Assembly: GCF_001194135.2 (NCBI RefSeq) | Contig: NC_068987.1 | Location: 74,436,599 to 74,469,984, forward strand | Reading direction: 5' to 3' | From: Octopus bimaculoides | Taxonomy: Eukaryota | Length of the DNA: 33,386 bases | Shown: one piece after another, positions 10,653 through 21,069 of the stretch | How positions within the stretch are numbered: the first letter of the stretch is position 1 | Layout of the letters: each line of letters starts with the position of its first letter | Translations under genes and position numbers: made by a program | The notes under the pieces: generated by a model | Told to the model about the DNA's origin: nothing | The model's input: only the letters and a program-made list of their open reading frames with translations | Databases searched by the model: none

Positions 10653-10810
10653 CACAAACATATATATACATACACACACACACATATATATATATATGTA
10701 CAAATACACACACACATATATGTATATGTATGTACATATAAATATATATGTACAAATAAATCACACCATGCACCCACACACACACACACACGCACACGCA
10801 CGCACAAGAT
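10570..10810. repeat. Compound (CA)n/(TA)n microsatellite
   Basis: Directly visible. Confidence 0.95.
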
Positions 10811-10839
10811 GAGTCACCACAGATCATTCTCGGAACCAA

Positions 10840-11642
10840 TATTTTTTTCACTATCATCGCAGCCACAGCCATCCTCCAGCATCAATCACACCCTCTGTTA
10901 CCTCTATGGCTATCACTGCCACCACCGTCAGCACCACCACCATCACCGCTACAGGCAATTATACTACTCCTACCACTATCGCCGCACCAACACCAACACC
11001 AGCACCCATACAAGACCACCGTGAAGACCACCACGAATAACAAGACCATTATCACCACTATAAACTTCACTACCACTGCTACTATCACCTTCGCCAGCAG
11101 TAATGATACCGCTACTACTGCCTGATCGCTACCACTAACAAGGTCACACCACCATCACCATCGTCATCGTCAGCACCACCACCACTACCACCGGCGCCGC
11201 CAGTAACACCGCCAGTACCACCACCACCACCACCACCATAACCTCCACCACCACCACAGCCGCCGCCGTCGGCNNNNNNNNNNNNNNNNNNNNNNNNNNN
11301 NNNNNNNNNNNNNNNNNNNNNNNNNNNNNNNNTACCACCATCATCATCAGTAGCAGCACCAACCACCGTTACTTCCATCGCAGGCACCGCCACCATTACC
11401 AATACCATCCCCGTCACCTCTACCACCACCACTATCACAGCCACCGCCACCACCACCGTCACCACCATCATCATCACCACCACCACTAAGACCACTATTA
11501 CTACCACGACGACGACGGTCTCGAGCACCACCATAACAACCACGCCCACCACCATCATCACCACCACCATCGCCGCCGCCACCACTACCACCACTATTAT
11601 AATTGCACCAACACCATTGCTGCACCTTCACCCCCACCACTG

Positions 11643-11684
<42 letters not shown>

Positions 11685-11700
11685 GCAGCAACAAGTGACA
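10840..11700. repeat. Degenerate ACC/ACT/ATC tract ending in pure (CAA)n
   Basis: Directly visible; contains a gap. Confidence 0.9.
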
Positions 11701-11901
11701 CGAAGATCGTTATCGCTACCATAGTAACATGTCCTGCTCCGGTCCACAACAAAACTCGACACTTGAAAACTGAGCATTTCATCATTTGACACTAATTGCC
11801 TTCCTTGCTTTATCATCTCCCCCAGTCATGCAGCCCCGATGGCATTCTTAACCCCTGTCTTCGTGATATCATGCAGGCAGAAGTGAACAAGCTACATTAA
11901 A

Positions 11902-12205
11902 GGGGCCTCCACTACGCGGTCGGGTCGTTCAATCTGTTCGAAATAACAGCTAAACCTATTTCAAATCTGTAATCTGTAATCTTTGAAAATTGTAGAACAG
12001 AGACTGGTAACTTTTGTCCAAGATACACTACGTGTGAAAAGAAAAAAAAAAAAAGAAAATTAAGAAANNNNNNNNNNATACACTACGTGTGAAAAGAAAA
12101 AAAAAAAAAGAAAATTAAGAAATAGACAGGATGGTCACGGTTGGAATACCTTTGTTTATAGGTCTGCCTGTTTAAGGTCCGATTGGATCTAAGTAACCAC
12201 AATAA
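11902..12205 (+). mobile_element. Family D copy (contains a gap-associated duplication)
   Basis: Block B GGGGCCTCCACTACGCGGTCG...GAAATAACAGC at ~11902-11950, block A GACAGGATGGTCACGGTTGGAATACCTTTG at 12125-12154, then a CAA-type tail. Confidence 0.7.
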
Positions 12206-12225
12206 CAAGAGCAACAACGGGGGGA

Positions 12226-12247
12226 CACAACAACAACAACAGCAACG

Positions 12248-12301
<54 letters not shown>

Positions 12302-12409
12302 GCCGCTGCTGCTGCTGCTGCTGCTACTACTACTACTGCTACTGTTACTGCTGCTACTGTTGCTACTACTGCTGCTGCTGCTGCTGCTGCTACTACTACT
12401 ACTACTACA

Positions 12410-12465
<56 letters not shown>

Positions 12466-12480
12466 GACGATGACAACGAC
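12226..12480. repeat. Compound (CAA)n-(CTA)n-(CTG)n trinucleotide repeat
   Basis: Directly visible; source of the poly-L/poly-S ORFs. Confidence 0.95.
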
Positions 12481-12889
12481 AACTATGTTTAAACGTTATC
12501 AAAGATTTTCGGATAGTGTGCCATCGTGATTTTCGAACCGAAATTGATGTGAAATATTTGACTCTCTTCAAATTCTGTCACGTCTCCCACAGGTGTCGCT
12601 ATATTGAGGTCGTGGACTTTTAGAAAGGATCTGGAGTTAATTATGCCTACCATATTCTTAGATAATAGTAGTTGCTGTTGTTTAGCCCTTGGTCAGCTGC
12701 TGATGATCAGAGATACGTTTTAAGGATGTACTATTATTCATGACCATGCTGCTTTTCTTTTTTTCAGACAGTGCAGCCAGAATAGCATTGTTCAAAAGTG
12801 CTTTTCATTATTTTTCAAGGGCTTGGTTTAAAGGGCACTTGGCTACGATTCCTTGAGGAATAGAAAGAAGAGAACTGGTTCCTTCGTCA

Positions 12890-13190
12890 GTCAGAGTGAC
12901 CTGGGCTGAAACACAAACCTGGGAACAAAAGAACGACCCAGGATCAAATCCCGTTGGTGACAGGATTTTGGAAAGCAGCAGGAGGACACATATGAGTCAT
13001 GCCCTGGGTGGGCACGGCTCCTGTAGTGTGTCAGGTGTAAGGGCCGAAATACTTGTCGGATGGGAGTTCTTCCTCTGAAGATCTCCCTTGCTGTGCGCTC
13101 GCCTTGAATTTTACCAGAAGGGTGTACCTCTGGTGACAACAATACGATGCGTCATATCTCTTGTTGATGGATACTGCGGATTAGTAGATG
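12890..13190 (-). mobile_element. Second Penelope-like fragment (GIY-YIG extreme C-terminus plus a different 3' UTR)
   Basis: 13103-13190 reverse complement aligns with 9257-9344, sharing TGTCACCAGAGGTACACCCTTCTGGTAAA; translation SAVSINKRYDASYCCHQRYTLLVKFK. Confidence 0.8.
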
Positions 13191-13196
13191 ATCGAT

Positions 13197-13545
13197 GATC
13201 AAAGAGCTTTCAGATTAAGTGTATCTAAGCCTACATCATTCAATGAAAACATTTTTTGTAAGATGACAGGAGTGATTTGATAGGAATTTGACTGCACAAT
13301 ATGTTGCATGGGCTTCAGCACAGTTTCTATCTAGGCGGTTTCAATAACAAAACTTGGGTCACCCCAAAAAACGAAAATAAAAGACTTTTTTTTTTACCCT
13401 AATGGCAGTAGCTTTTGTTGGCTCACCAGCGGTACTCTCGATGGCTCGCTAGAGGCTCCCACGCGGCGTCGTTAGAGTTTCCCTACAGGCTCACTAGAGG
13501 ATCCCCCATTGACTTGTAAGATCTCCCTCCTTGGTTCGTTAAAAG
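13197..13545 (-). mobile_element. Family D copy followed by a ~22-bp degenerate tandem array of its terminal motif
   Basis: GATCAAAGAGC...GTGATTTGATAGGAATTTGACTGC. From ~13420 there are five to six units resembling GGCTCACTAGAGGCTCCC. Confidence 0.55.
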
Positions 13546-13572
13546 ATATCTAACTAGTTTGGACATAAATAA

Positions 13573-13660
13573 AAGACACTTGCCCGAAATGTCACTCAGT
13601 GGGAATCGAACCCAGAATATTATTGTACGAAGCGAACTTCATAACCACACGGCCATAGTC
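13573..13660 (-). mobile_element. SINE family A head fragment
   Basis: AAGACACTTGCCCG...GGGAATCGAACCC...AACCACACGGCC is the reverse complement of an A box, B box and the GGGCAAGTGTCTT segment. Confidence 0.7.
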
Positions 13661-13869
13661 ATACGCGTACAAATGTTACTAGACTGTCGAATCTCATTAT
13701 AGAATGCATGGGCGGTCTTTGTCTAAATGGTCGGCAGCGGGTGGGGAGGGAACGTATAGATTTTAGTGAAAGTGAACAGTTTTGGATTGACGATTAACTG
13801 AAGAATGTAAAGTGGTGTGATTAACGGATAAATGTGTCTAATTGGGTTTGACAGCTGGGATGTCATCTA

Positions 13870-14025
13870 GAGAGCCCCCCCCCCCTAAAATCTCTCTCAA
13901 GGCACGTCCTATCACCTTAAAGTAGACATTGAAGATTAAAACCCGATATATATCCACAAAAGATGGGATAGTCATGGCTGGAACACTTTTGAGAATAGGT
14001 CTATTGGACAGAAGCTTGACCTGCG
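13870..14025 (+). mobile_element. Family D copy
   Basis: AAATCTCTCTCAAGGCAC ... GATGGGATAGTCATGGCTGGAACACTTTTGAG..ATAGGTCT...GCTTGACCTG. Confidence 0.65.
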
Positions 14026-14199
14026 ACTAACATTAAACATTAGAATGCTAGAAGTAGCAACCTCATCTCCCTCTAGTAATAATGTATCTAAAACTACGTT
14101 ATCCCGTGGGTTTATGTCATTCCTTTTCTAAGACATTTGATACTATTTGAGAGTGTTGGTTGCTATTTTTAGCAAATTCAGTAACTGCGTATTTGCTAT

Positions 14200-14211
14200 G
14201 GTTGTTGTTGT

Positions 14212-14273
<62 letters not shown>

Positions 14274-15109
14274 TTGTTGTTGCTGCTGGTGGTGGTGTTT
14301 AGCTTCAAGTCATCCTTGATTCATCACATCTCCGATGAAAAGTGTTCCAGACATACCTTATCCAAAGAACTCACTAGTTATCTACCTATATAAATAACAT
14401 TGTTATGAACTAACGCTCATAACAGATAGGTAAAGAATAAACAATCACTTTATCAAAATATTAATATAAATTAGAAATATAAACAAAATAATAAGATTTA
14501 GTAATTAAATAATTTAATCATTAAATGATAAATTCAATTCAATACAAATGACAAATCTAGTTACAGCTGTTTCCACATCATTAAATAACAGTTTTTTTCC
14601 CAAAATTAAAAATATCGTTTTAAATCTAATGAAGTTTCATAAGACGGACATACCTTGTTAATTATTTTGCGAAATAACGGGTGAATATTTTCATAATTTT
14701 AAACGTTTATATATGTGTGTGTGTATGCATGTATGTATGTATGTATGTATGTATGTATGTATGTATGTATGTATATATATATATNNNNNNNNNNNNNNNN
14801 NNNNNNNNNNNNNNNNNNNNNNNNNNTATATTGTATGTCATCACTAAACTTGTATATCAATGACGCATTAATCAATGTGTTCTTTTTAAAAATCCTTTTT
14901 TTCTTTGACACAGAAAAGTACTTTTTTCAAAAAAAGATCTCACGATGGCCTGGTTGCTATTCCTAACCGGTTGAGAGACCTCACATACACATGGTCCCTC
15001 TAGGTGTTGTCCTGCGTGTTGGTCATGTCTTGTGTTATCAATGGTAATAGCAATGGTGGTAGTTGTGTGTGGCAATGCTGTAATTTTGTTCTTATCGTTG
15101 TTGTGATCA

Positions 15110-15178
<69 letters not shown>

Positions 15179-15480
15179 GGGTGGCGATCATGGTGGTGGT
15201 GGTGATGGTGGTGATGATGTTAGTAGTGTAATGCTGTCTGATATTCTGCCACACATGGTGTGCTGCCATTGTGTCAGATCTGCACGCATCCATATCATTA
15301 ATCTATGCCATATATTCACCGACTGCCTATATGCATATACGTACGTACATACGTATGTATGTATGTATGTATGTATGTACGTACGGACGGATGGATGAAA
15401 GGATGGATGGATGAATGGAAGCATGTATGTATGGATGTATGTATGTATATATAATATATTTATTTATATATATATATATA
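14200..15480. repeat. Cluster of microsatellites: (GAT)n 14215-14272, (TATG)n 14710-14785, (GTA)n 15110-15177, (TATG/GATG)n 15340-15480
   Basis: Directly visible. Confidence 0.9.
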
Positions 15481-16069
15481 AATAGAGAGTGAGATGCATA
15501 GTGTGTCATTTCTTTATTTTATTTTATTTTTCTATAATTTTCTTTGTTTTTTTTTTTTATTTTACATTTCGAATTCAGCCTTTTAAGAAGTGGTTGGTTT
15601 TTAAGAAACACATTTTTCGCTAATGGAATTTACATGTCAAACTTGAGAAAATTTTTCAATATTTTCAGTTACGTTTACAGACTGAATTTTTAGTTTACAC
15701 GTGTGAAATGGTTTCTTTCACTAATTTTCTCTTCGAGAAATCCAACTTTAAACATTTAAACATTATTCATTAAATATTTATAACGTAATGAATTACACCA
15801 TTGATTACAAATACCGATGAACACATATGCAACATGGGTAGGGAAGTTGTACCTTCCAAGTGGTTTACTTTTTTACTAAAGAAAAGGACAATACTCATGA
15901 GCCCCTATTTTTCCAGGGACCCCGAGATTTGTAGAAGGAAGCGTGGAACTTTTCTTCACACCGGTGACGGCCCGAATGCTTGTAAACGACTGAATTCCAA
16001 GGTGTGTTATTAACACAGGCAACTGTTTAAGTCAACCATCCAAATACTTGCTCAGAACGTAAAGAGCAG

Positions 16070-16205
16070 GAACAAATGTCATAAAGCATATTATTCGACC
16101 CACTCACAATTCTGCCAATCCACCACTCTCGAGTAGTACTTTATTTTACTAACCCCGAAAGAAGGAGAAGTGAAGCTGACCTCTGAGGGATTTTAACTCA
16201 TGGTA
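16070..16205 (-). mobile_element. Old SINE family B fragment
   Basis: AGTACTTATTTTACTAACCCCGAAAG...GAAGCTGACCTC...ATTTTAACTCA is a diverged reverse complement of the family B body. Confidence 0.55.
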
Positions 16206-16518
16206 CAAAATCTCTAAAGGCATCCAAGAATGAGATGGTGATACACCTGTCGATAAAAGTTCCCTTTCTTTATGATCTTTCATTAAATGTTCACATCCTC
16301 TAAGCTACCGACCTCTAGAGTGTATATGATCTCTGTTTTCTTTGTTTTTTTTTCTTTTTTCACAGACAAAACGTCTGGCACTTATGTTTGCAGTTGGCAT
16401 ATATTTTAAAAGAAATTGTCTTACCAATAATTTTTGTGTTGATATGTTTTAATATATTCGGCATTTAGATTAATTTTTAATATTTATCCCACAATGGTTA
16501 TCACTATTGTTGCCAGAA

Positions 16519-16735
16519 AAGCGGTGAGCCGATAAAATTGTTAGCACGCCAGGAAAAATGTTTAGCAGCATTTCGTCCGTCTTTACGTTCTGAGTTCAAA
16601 TTCCACTGAGGTCATCTTTGTGGTTCATCTTTCAGGATTGATGAAATAAGTACCAGTTTAATTTAGGTCAATATAATCATCTAGCTTCACCCCTAAAATT
16701 TCAGGACTTGTGCTTATAGCAGAAAGGATTATCAT
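16519..16735 (+). mobile_element. tRNA-derived SINE family B copy
   Basis: Aligns with 23376-23594 (GTTAGCACGCC...CGTCCGTCTTTACGTTCTGAGTTCAAATTCC...AAGTACCAG). Confidence 0.85.
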
Positions 16736-16746
16736 TTTGGTAAAAG

Positions 16747-16972
16747 AGGCGGCGAGCTGGCAGAATCGCTAAGATGATGGATAAAATACTAAGTGAGATT
16801 TCTTGTGGTTCTTTACGATCTGGGATAAAATTCCAACGAGGGCAAGCAACTTTGCCGTTTATCTTTTTGGGGTCGATAAAATAAAGTAGTAGTTTAGCAT
16901 AGAGTTTGATGTAATCGACTTACACATTCCCTTAAAATTGCTGGCTTTTCTTCAAAATTTGAATCAATTATT
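16747..16972 (+). mobile_element. SINE family B copy, tandem with the previous one
   Basis: GGCGGCGAGCTGGCAGAATCG...GGGGTCGATAAAATAAAGTA...GATGTAATCGACTTAC. Confidence 0.85.
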
Positions 16973-17026
16973 TTAGCACGAAGGTCTTATAGCATATGAA
17001 ATTAATGACACTTGATGACATTTCAG

Positions 17027-17205
17027 AATATTCTTTTCTGCTCTAGGCACAAGGCCCGAAATTTTGGGGGAGAGGGCCAGTCGATTAGATCGACCCCAGT
17101 ACGCAACTGGTACTTAATTTATCGACTCCGAAAGGATGAAAGGCAAGGTCGACCTCGGTGGAATTTAAACTCAGAACGTAAAGACAGACGAAATACCGCT
17201 AAGCA
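17027..17205 (-). mobile_element. Young SINE family B copy (5' end in gap)
   Basis: About 90% identical by eye to the reverse complement of 23418-23594. Confidence 0.92.
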
Positions 17206-17749
17206 NNNNNNNNNNNNNNNNNNNNNNNNNNNNNNNNNNNNNNNNNNNNNNNNNNNNNNNNNNNNNNNNNNNNNNNNNNNNNNNNNNNNNNNNNNNNNNN
17301 NNNNNNNNNNNNNNNNNNNNNNNNNNNNNNNNNNNNNNNNNNNNNNNNNNNNNNNNNNNNNNNNNNNNNNNNNNNNNNNNNNNNNNNNNNNNNNNNNNNN
17401 NNNNNNNNNNNNNNNNNNNNNNNNNNNNNNNNNNNNNNNNNNNNNNNNNNNNNNNNNNNNNNNNNNNNNNNNATATATATATATATATATATATACAAAA
17501 ACAAACAGTAAATGAGTATATGCATATATACGTACAGGTATGTGCATACCGACATCCACCTGTATGTATAGGTGCATATCTGGGTACAGGACATTGCAAA
17601 CAAAACGTAGACGAGAAAACACACAAGCCACATAGAGAACATTCTTCTTCATCAGCTACCCCCGTTTTAACACCGGCGTTTCGAAGAGCTGGGTAGAAAT
17701 ATATATATATATATTTCACAGGTTTCAGCCAATGCAGAACTGCAAATAA

Positions 17750-18045
17750 TAACTGTGGTGTTGCTGCGGAAAAATATCAGTACAAGTGTGTTTCTGGTAA
17801 ATACAAAGTGGTATGATCGGGGTAAGAACCGGCAATGATGTGATGATGATAAATAACTGCCGTGGTGTGTCATTGGTAAATACCTGTAGAGGCGTAACTG
17901 TGACAACAGCAATGATGTGACTGGAAATAATAGAAAGGTTGGACTGTATCAAATAACAGATATGATGTGACTGTGGCAAATGAAAGCATTGGTGTGAGTG
18001 TGGTAAAAAGAAGGGTGTCAGTGGTAAATAAGAATAGTGTTGTTA
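17750..18045. repeat. Degenerate ~27-bp minisatellite (consensus close to GGTGTGACTGTGGTAAATAACAGCAAT), ~11 units
   Basis: GATGTGA/GGTGTGA and GGTAAATA recur at ~23-27 bp spacing. Confidence 0.65.
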
Positions 18046-18221
18046 TTTAGCTCCTAATTGCAAAGTAGGCAATCGGTTGAACGACGAGGCCGTGTGTGAC
18101 AAACGATACAATTTGTGACACAGCTCCACGTCTTTCGAAACTTGCACGTTTGAAAACCATACAAATATAAAATCGGTTAAGTGCATCGGCATTAATATAA
18201 AATAAACCAACTTCATTTGTT

Positions 18222-18225
<4 letters not shown>

Positions 18226-18301
<76 letters not shown>

Positions 18302-18310
18302 ACAAACACT
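18226..18310. repeat. (CA)n microsatellite
   Basis: Directly visible. Confidence 0.95.
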
Positions 18311-18317
18311 CTCGTAT

Positions 18318-18486
18318 AGGCGCAAGCGTGGCTGTGTGGTAAGAAGTTTGTTTCCCAACCACATGTTTCAGGGTTCAGTCCCACTGCATGGCACCTTGGG
18401 CATGTGTCTTCTACTATAGCCTCGGGCCGACCAAAGCCTTGTGAGTGGATTTGGTAGACGGAAACTGAAAAAAGCCAGTCGTGTAT

Positions 18487-18517
<31 letters not shown>

Positions 18518-18760
18518 CGCGGTTGCGTGAGTGTGTGTGTTTGCGTCTTTGTGTCTGTGTTTGTGAGCCACCCACCACCTGCTCGGCAGCCGGTGTGTTT
18601 ACGTCTGGTAACTTAGCGGTTCGGCAAAGGAGTCCAATAGAGTAAGTACCAGGCATGAAAAAGAAAAAAATAAGCACTAGAGTCAATTCATTCGACTAAA
18701 ATTTCAAAGCAGTGCCCCAGTATGGCCACATTAAAATGACTGAAACAAATAAAAAAAATA
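18318..18760 (+). mobile_element. Full-length tRNA-derived SINE family A with internal (TG)n
   Basis: A box TGGCTGTGTGG, B box GGGTTCAGTCCC, CORE-like GGCACCTTGGGCATGTGTCTT, internal TG tract 18481-18560, tail ...ATGACTGAAACAAATAAAAAAA. Confidence 0.92.
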
Positions 18761-19221
18761 CACACACACACAAACACACACACAAATACATATGTATGTG
18801 TGTAACACGTCCGCGTTGCGGAAGTAATGCAGCCATGAAAATCTGGTTGTAACGCAAAACCCCATAACGCGAGATTAAATTTTCTTCGTTTATTTCCACG
18901 TTTGAAATAGATAACATGTTCCGATGGACATTTTTCTTCTTGAAGAAGCAACAACAAAAAACAAGTAATACGACCACTTATATGCATATAAACAAATTCT
19001 AAACATACACAGTAGGTACAATGTGTATAGATAAAAACATTTGAAGAGAAATACGTTAGGGAATAAATTAGAATCGTAACATCGTAAGAGGGTGCCTTTC
19101 TTGCACTAAAACATGTTAATTTTTGTGTAAGAGGTGGAGGGACTGAATGAGAATTACAGGGAAGATGAAGGACACTATCATCTGTCTTACGGTTCATCAT
19201 CATCAACATCTATTTGAACGG

Positions 19222-19645
19222 CTGTACAGCTCAGTAGAGAAAATCAGGTCATAGTAAACTCTTCTAATTTTTATGTTATGCTCATGAATAGGATCGTTAT
19301 GAGCAAAAACTTGTAGACCATTCTTTGTAAGTGCCAAACATTTAGGAATATTCTTTAAGTGGAGTTGATGAAATTTTCTTATTTCTATCTGTATCATCAG
19401 CTTGTTCGTGTTCAAACAACATTAGCCCCTAGTTAGATAAACTTTCTCTTTGTGACATTAGCAAATTAAATCATATAATCTTCTTTGATTCCTTCAAACT
19501 CTACATCATTTGCAAGTGTCATAATATCTTTCCGAATATTGTGAAAAAACTTGTAAAGTCAAGGATACAGTTTGACCATATATTTCTCAAATACCGTTCA
19601 AAGTTGAAGGTTTCACTTCATCCCATGGCTCAGCAATGTTTACAT
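19222..19645 (-). mobile_element. Tigger/pogo-family transposase C-terminal remnant
   Basis: With frameshifts: VNIAEPWDEVKPSTLNGI*...IRKDIMTLANDVEFEGIKED...LKNIPKCLALTKNGLQVFAHNDPIHE...IRR. This parallels the Tigger pattern NI..AWDEV..S.MNG.W...GF..V.EEDV...F...DPN.ERS.KV. Confidence 0.78.
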
Positions 19646-19844
19646 CCTCTTATTTTGGTTTATGCTTCTATTTTGATAAAAACCTTATGATAAGAATATG
19701 TGCCTTAGTAGGATAATAGGCTCCTAGGCTCCTATTGTGAAAACTCCCATGAAACCAGCAATGTAAAATGCATAAAACATAATGCAACCTCAGGGAAGGC
19801 CGGCAAAACAAGCAAAACAAAAGTCGTAACAGCTACAGTTAAAA

Positions 19845-19950
19845 TATATGTATGTATGAATGTATGTATGTATTTATGTACATGGGTGTAGGTAAATGAG
19901 CATATACATGTGTATATACAAATATGTGTGTCTGTGTGTATGTATTTGTG

Positions 19951-19992
<42 letters not shown>

Positions 19993-20240
19993 CGAGAAAA
20001 TGAATGAATGACAAAGTGAAAAACGAAAAAGAGCTAGAGAAAGAGAGGAGAGGAGAATGAGAGAGAAAAGGAGAAAAGTTATGTATGTATGTATGTATGT
20101 ATGTATGTATGTATGTATGTATGTATGTATGTATGTATGTGCTTGTGGGTCTCTCTGTATGTGCTTATGTATGTGTATGTGCTTGCTTGTTTGTGGGTAT
20201 TTATGTATGTGCGTATGTGTATATGTGTGTCTGTGCGCGA
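19845..20240. repeat. Compound TATG/TG/GA microsatellite
   Basis: Directly visible. Confidence 0.92.
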
Positions 20241-20898
20241 GCTGGTATCTCCGCTGACACATTACTTAAGACATTCAAACTTGTCTCATCAGAAGATTCT
20301 GTTACACACATGTGTAATTCTATTAGAGCTAATTTGGCGTCTGATTCAATTAAGTGGCAACTGGAAAGACCACCAGAAGCTGAAGAAGCCTACCCACCCA
20401 TCCATGGCCCCCACTTTTGTATACTGTCAAATGTGGCTAATTGGAAGCATGGATATTACTAAAACATGTCTGAGTGTTAAGTCTGAATAATGTAGTTGTA
20501 TACAGTTATATACACACACACACAAACACAATCTCTCACCCACGCACTCTCTCTGTATGTGCATGCGTATGAGTGTATATATGCAAATACACACGCACAC
20601 ACACACGCACACACACACACACACACATGAAATTGGACATGACATGGGCTAATAACGGCCCAAAGCTGTCTAATTTTATGTATATTCTTTTATTCTTAAA
20701 TTCGTCTCAGTCATTTGACTGCAAAAGATTTAGTTCATCAAATCACCCCCAGGACTTATTTCAAGTTTGGTATTTACTCTATTGACCTTTCTTTTTTCTT
20801 ACGGAAACATAAACAAATTGTGGATCTCGAAGTAAATAAAGCTATAAATAATAGCGTGCAAACATTGGGTTAAAAAATCCTTCAGTAAAAATGTCGAA

Positions 20899-20969
20899 GG
20901 CTACTGTGGGATTCGAACCCACATTTCTTGTACACATGATAGGAGTTCTACCATTGGGCCTCAGTGACC
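20899..20969 (-). pseudogene. tRNA-like 71-nt sequence (tRNA pseudogene or SINE head)
   Basis: Minus strand GGTCACT...AGTAGCC pairs 6/7 as an acceptor stem, with a perfect T-arm GTGGG-TTCGAAT-CCCAC and A-box-like GGCCCAATGG. The anticodon arm does not pair. A related copy lies at ~25487-25563. Confidence 0.6.
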
Positions 20970-21069
20970 CTTCAAATTTCTGTATCCGTTTTTGAAGCTT
21001 TATTCTTACCAGCGAGAAATGTTTGTTGTTGATGTCATAAGAATTTATAAACTTCGAGAGAACACCTGG

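Noticed and set aside
10840-11700. Mucin-like Thr/His-rich ORFs
   Set aside because: Translations of degenerate (ACC)n with stops in all frames over the tract and no splice evidence; the same applies to the poly-V/L/S/M ORFs elsewhere.
12022-12122. 45-bp direct duplication ATACACTACGTGTGAAAAG...TTAAGAAA
   Set aside because: The two copies flank a 10-N gap and differ only in poly-A length, which is a typical contig-overlap artefact.
12868-12895. Minus-strand CTGACGAAG-GAAC-CA-GTTC at the end of the second PLE fragment
   Set aside because: Lacks GAAAC and stem III; at most a truncated motif.
15919-16003. 85-bp segment between TTTTTCCAG and GTGTGT that looks like an exon
   Set aside because: The donor is weak, the peptide is unrecognisable, and I recall similar sequence as a dispersed octopus repeat (unverified).
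20262-20295. Minus-strand CTGATGA followed by a GACA/TGTC hairpin
   Set aside because: No GAAA after stem II, so it is not a hammerhead core.
20240-20462. Non-repetitive tail of ORF 20085..20462 (~70 aa)
   Set aside because: No convincing acceptor or start, no recognisable family, and a length expected by chance.
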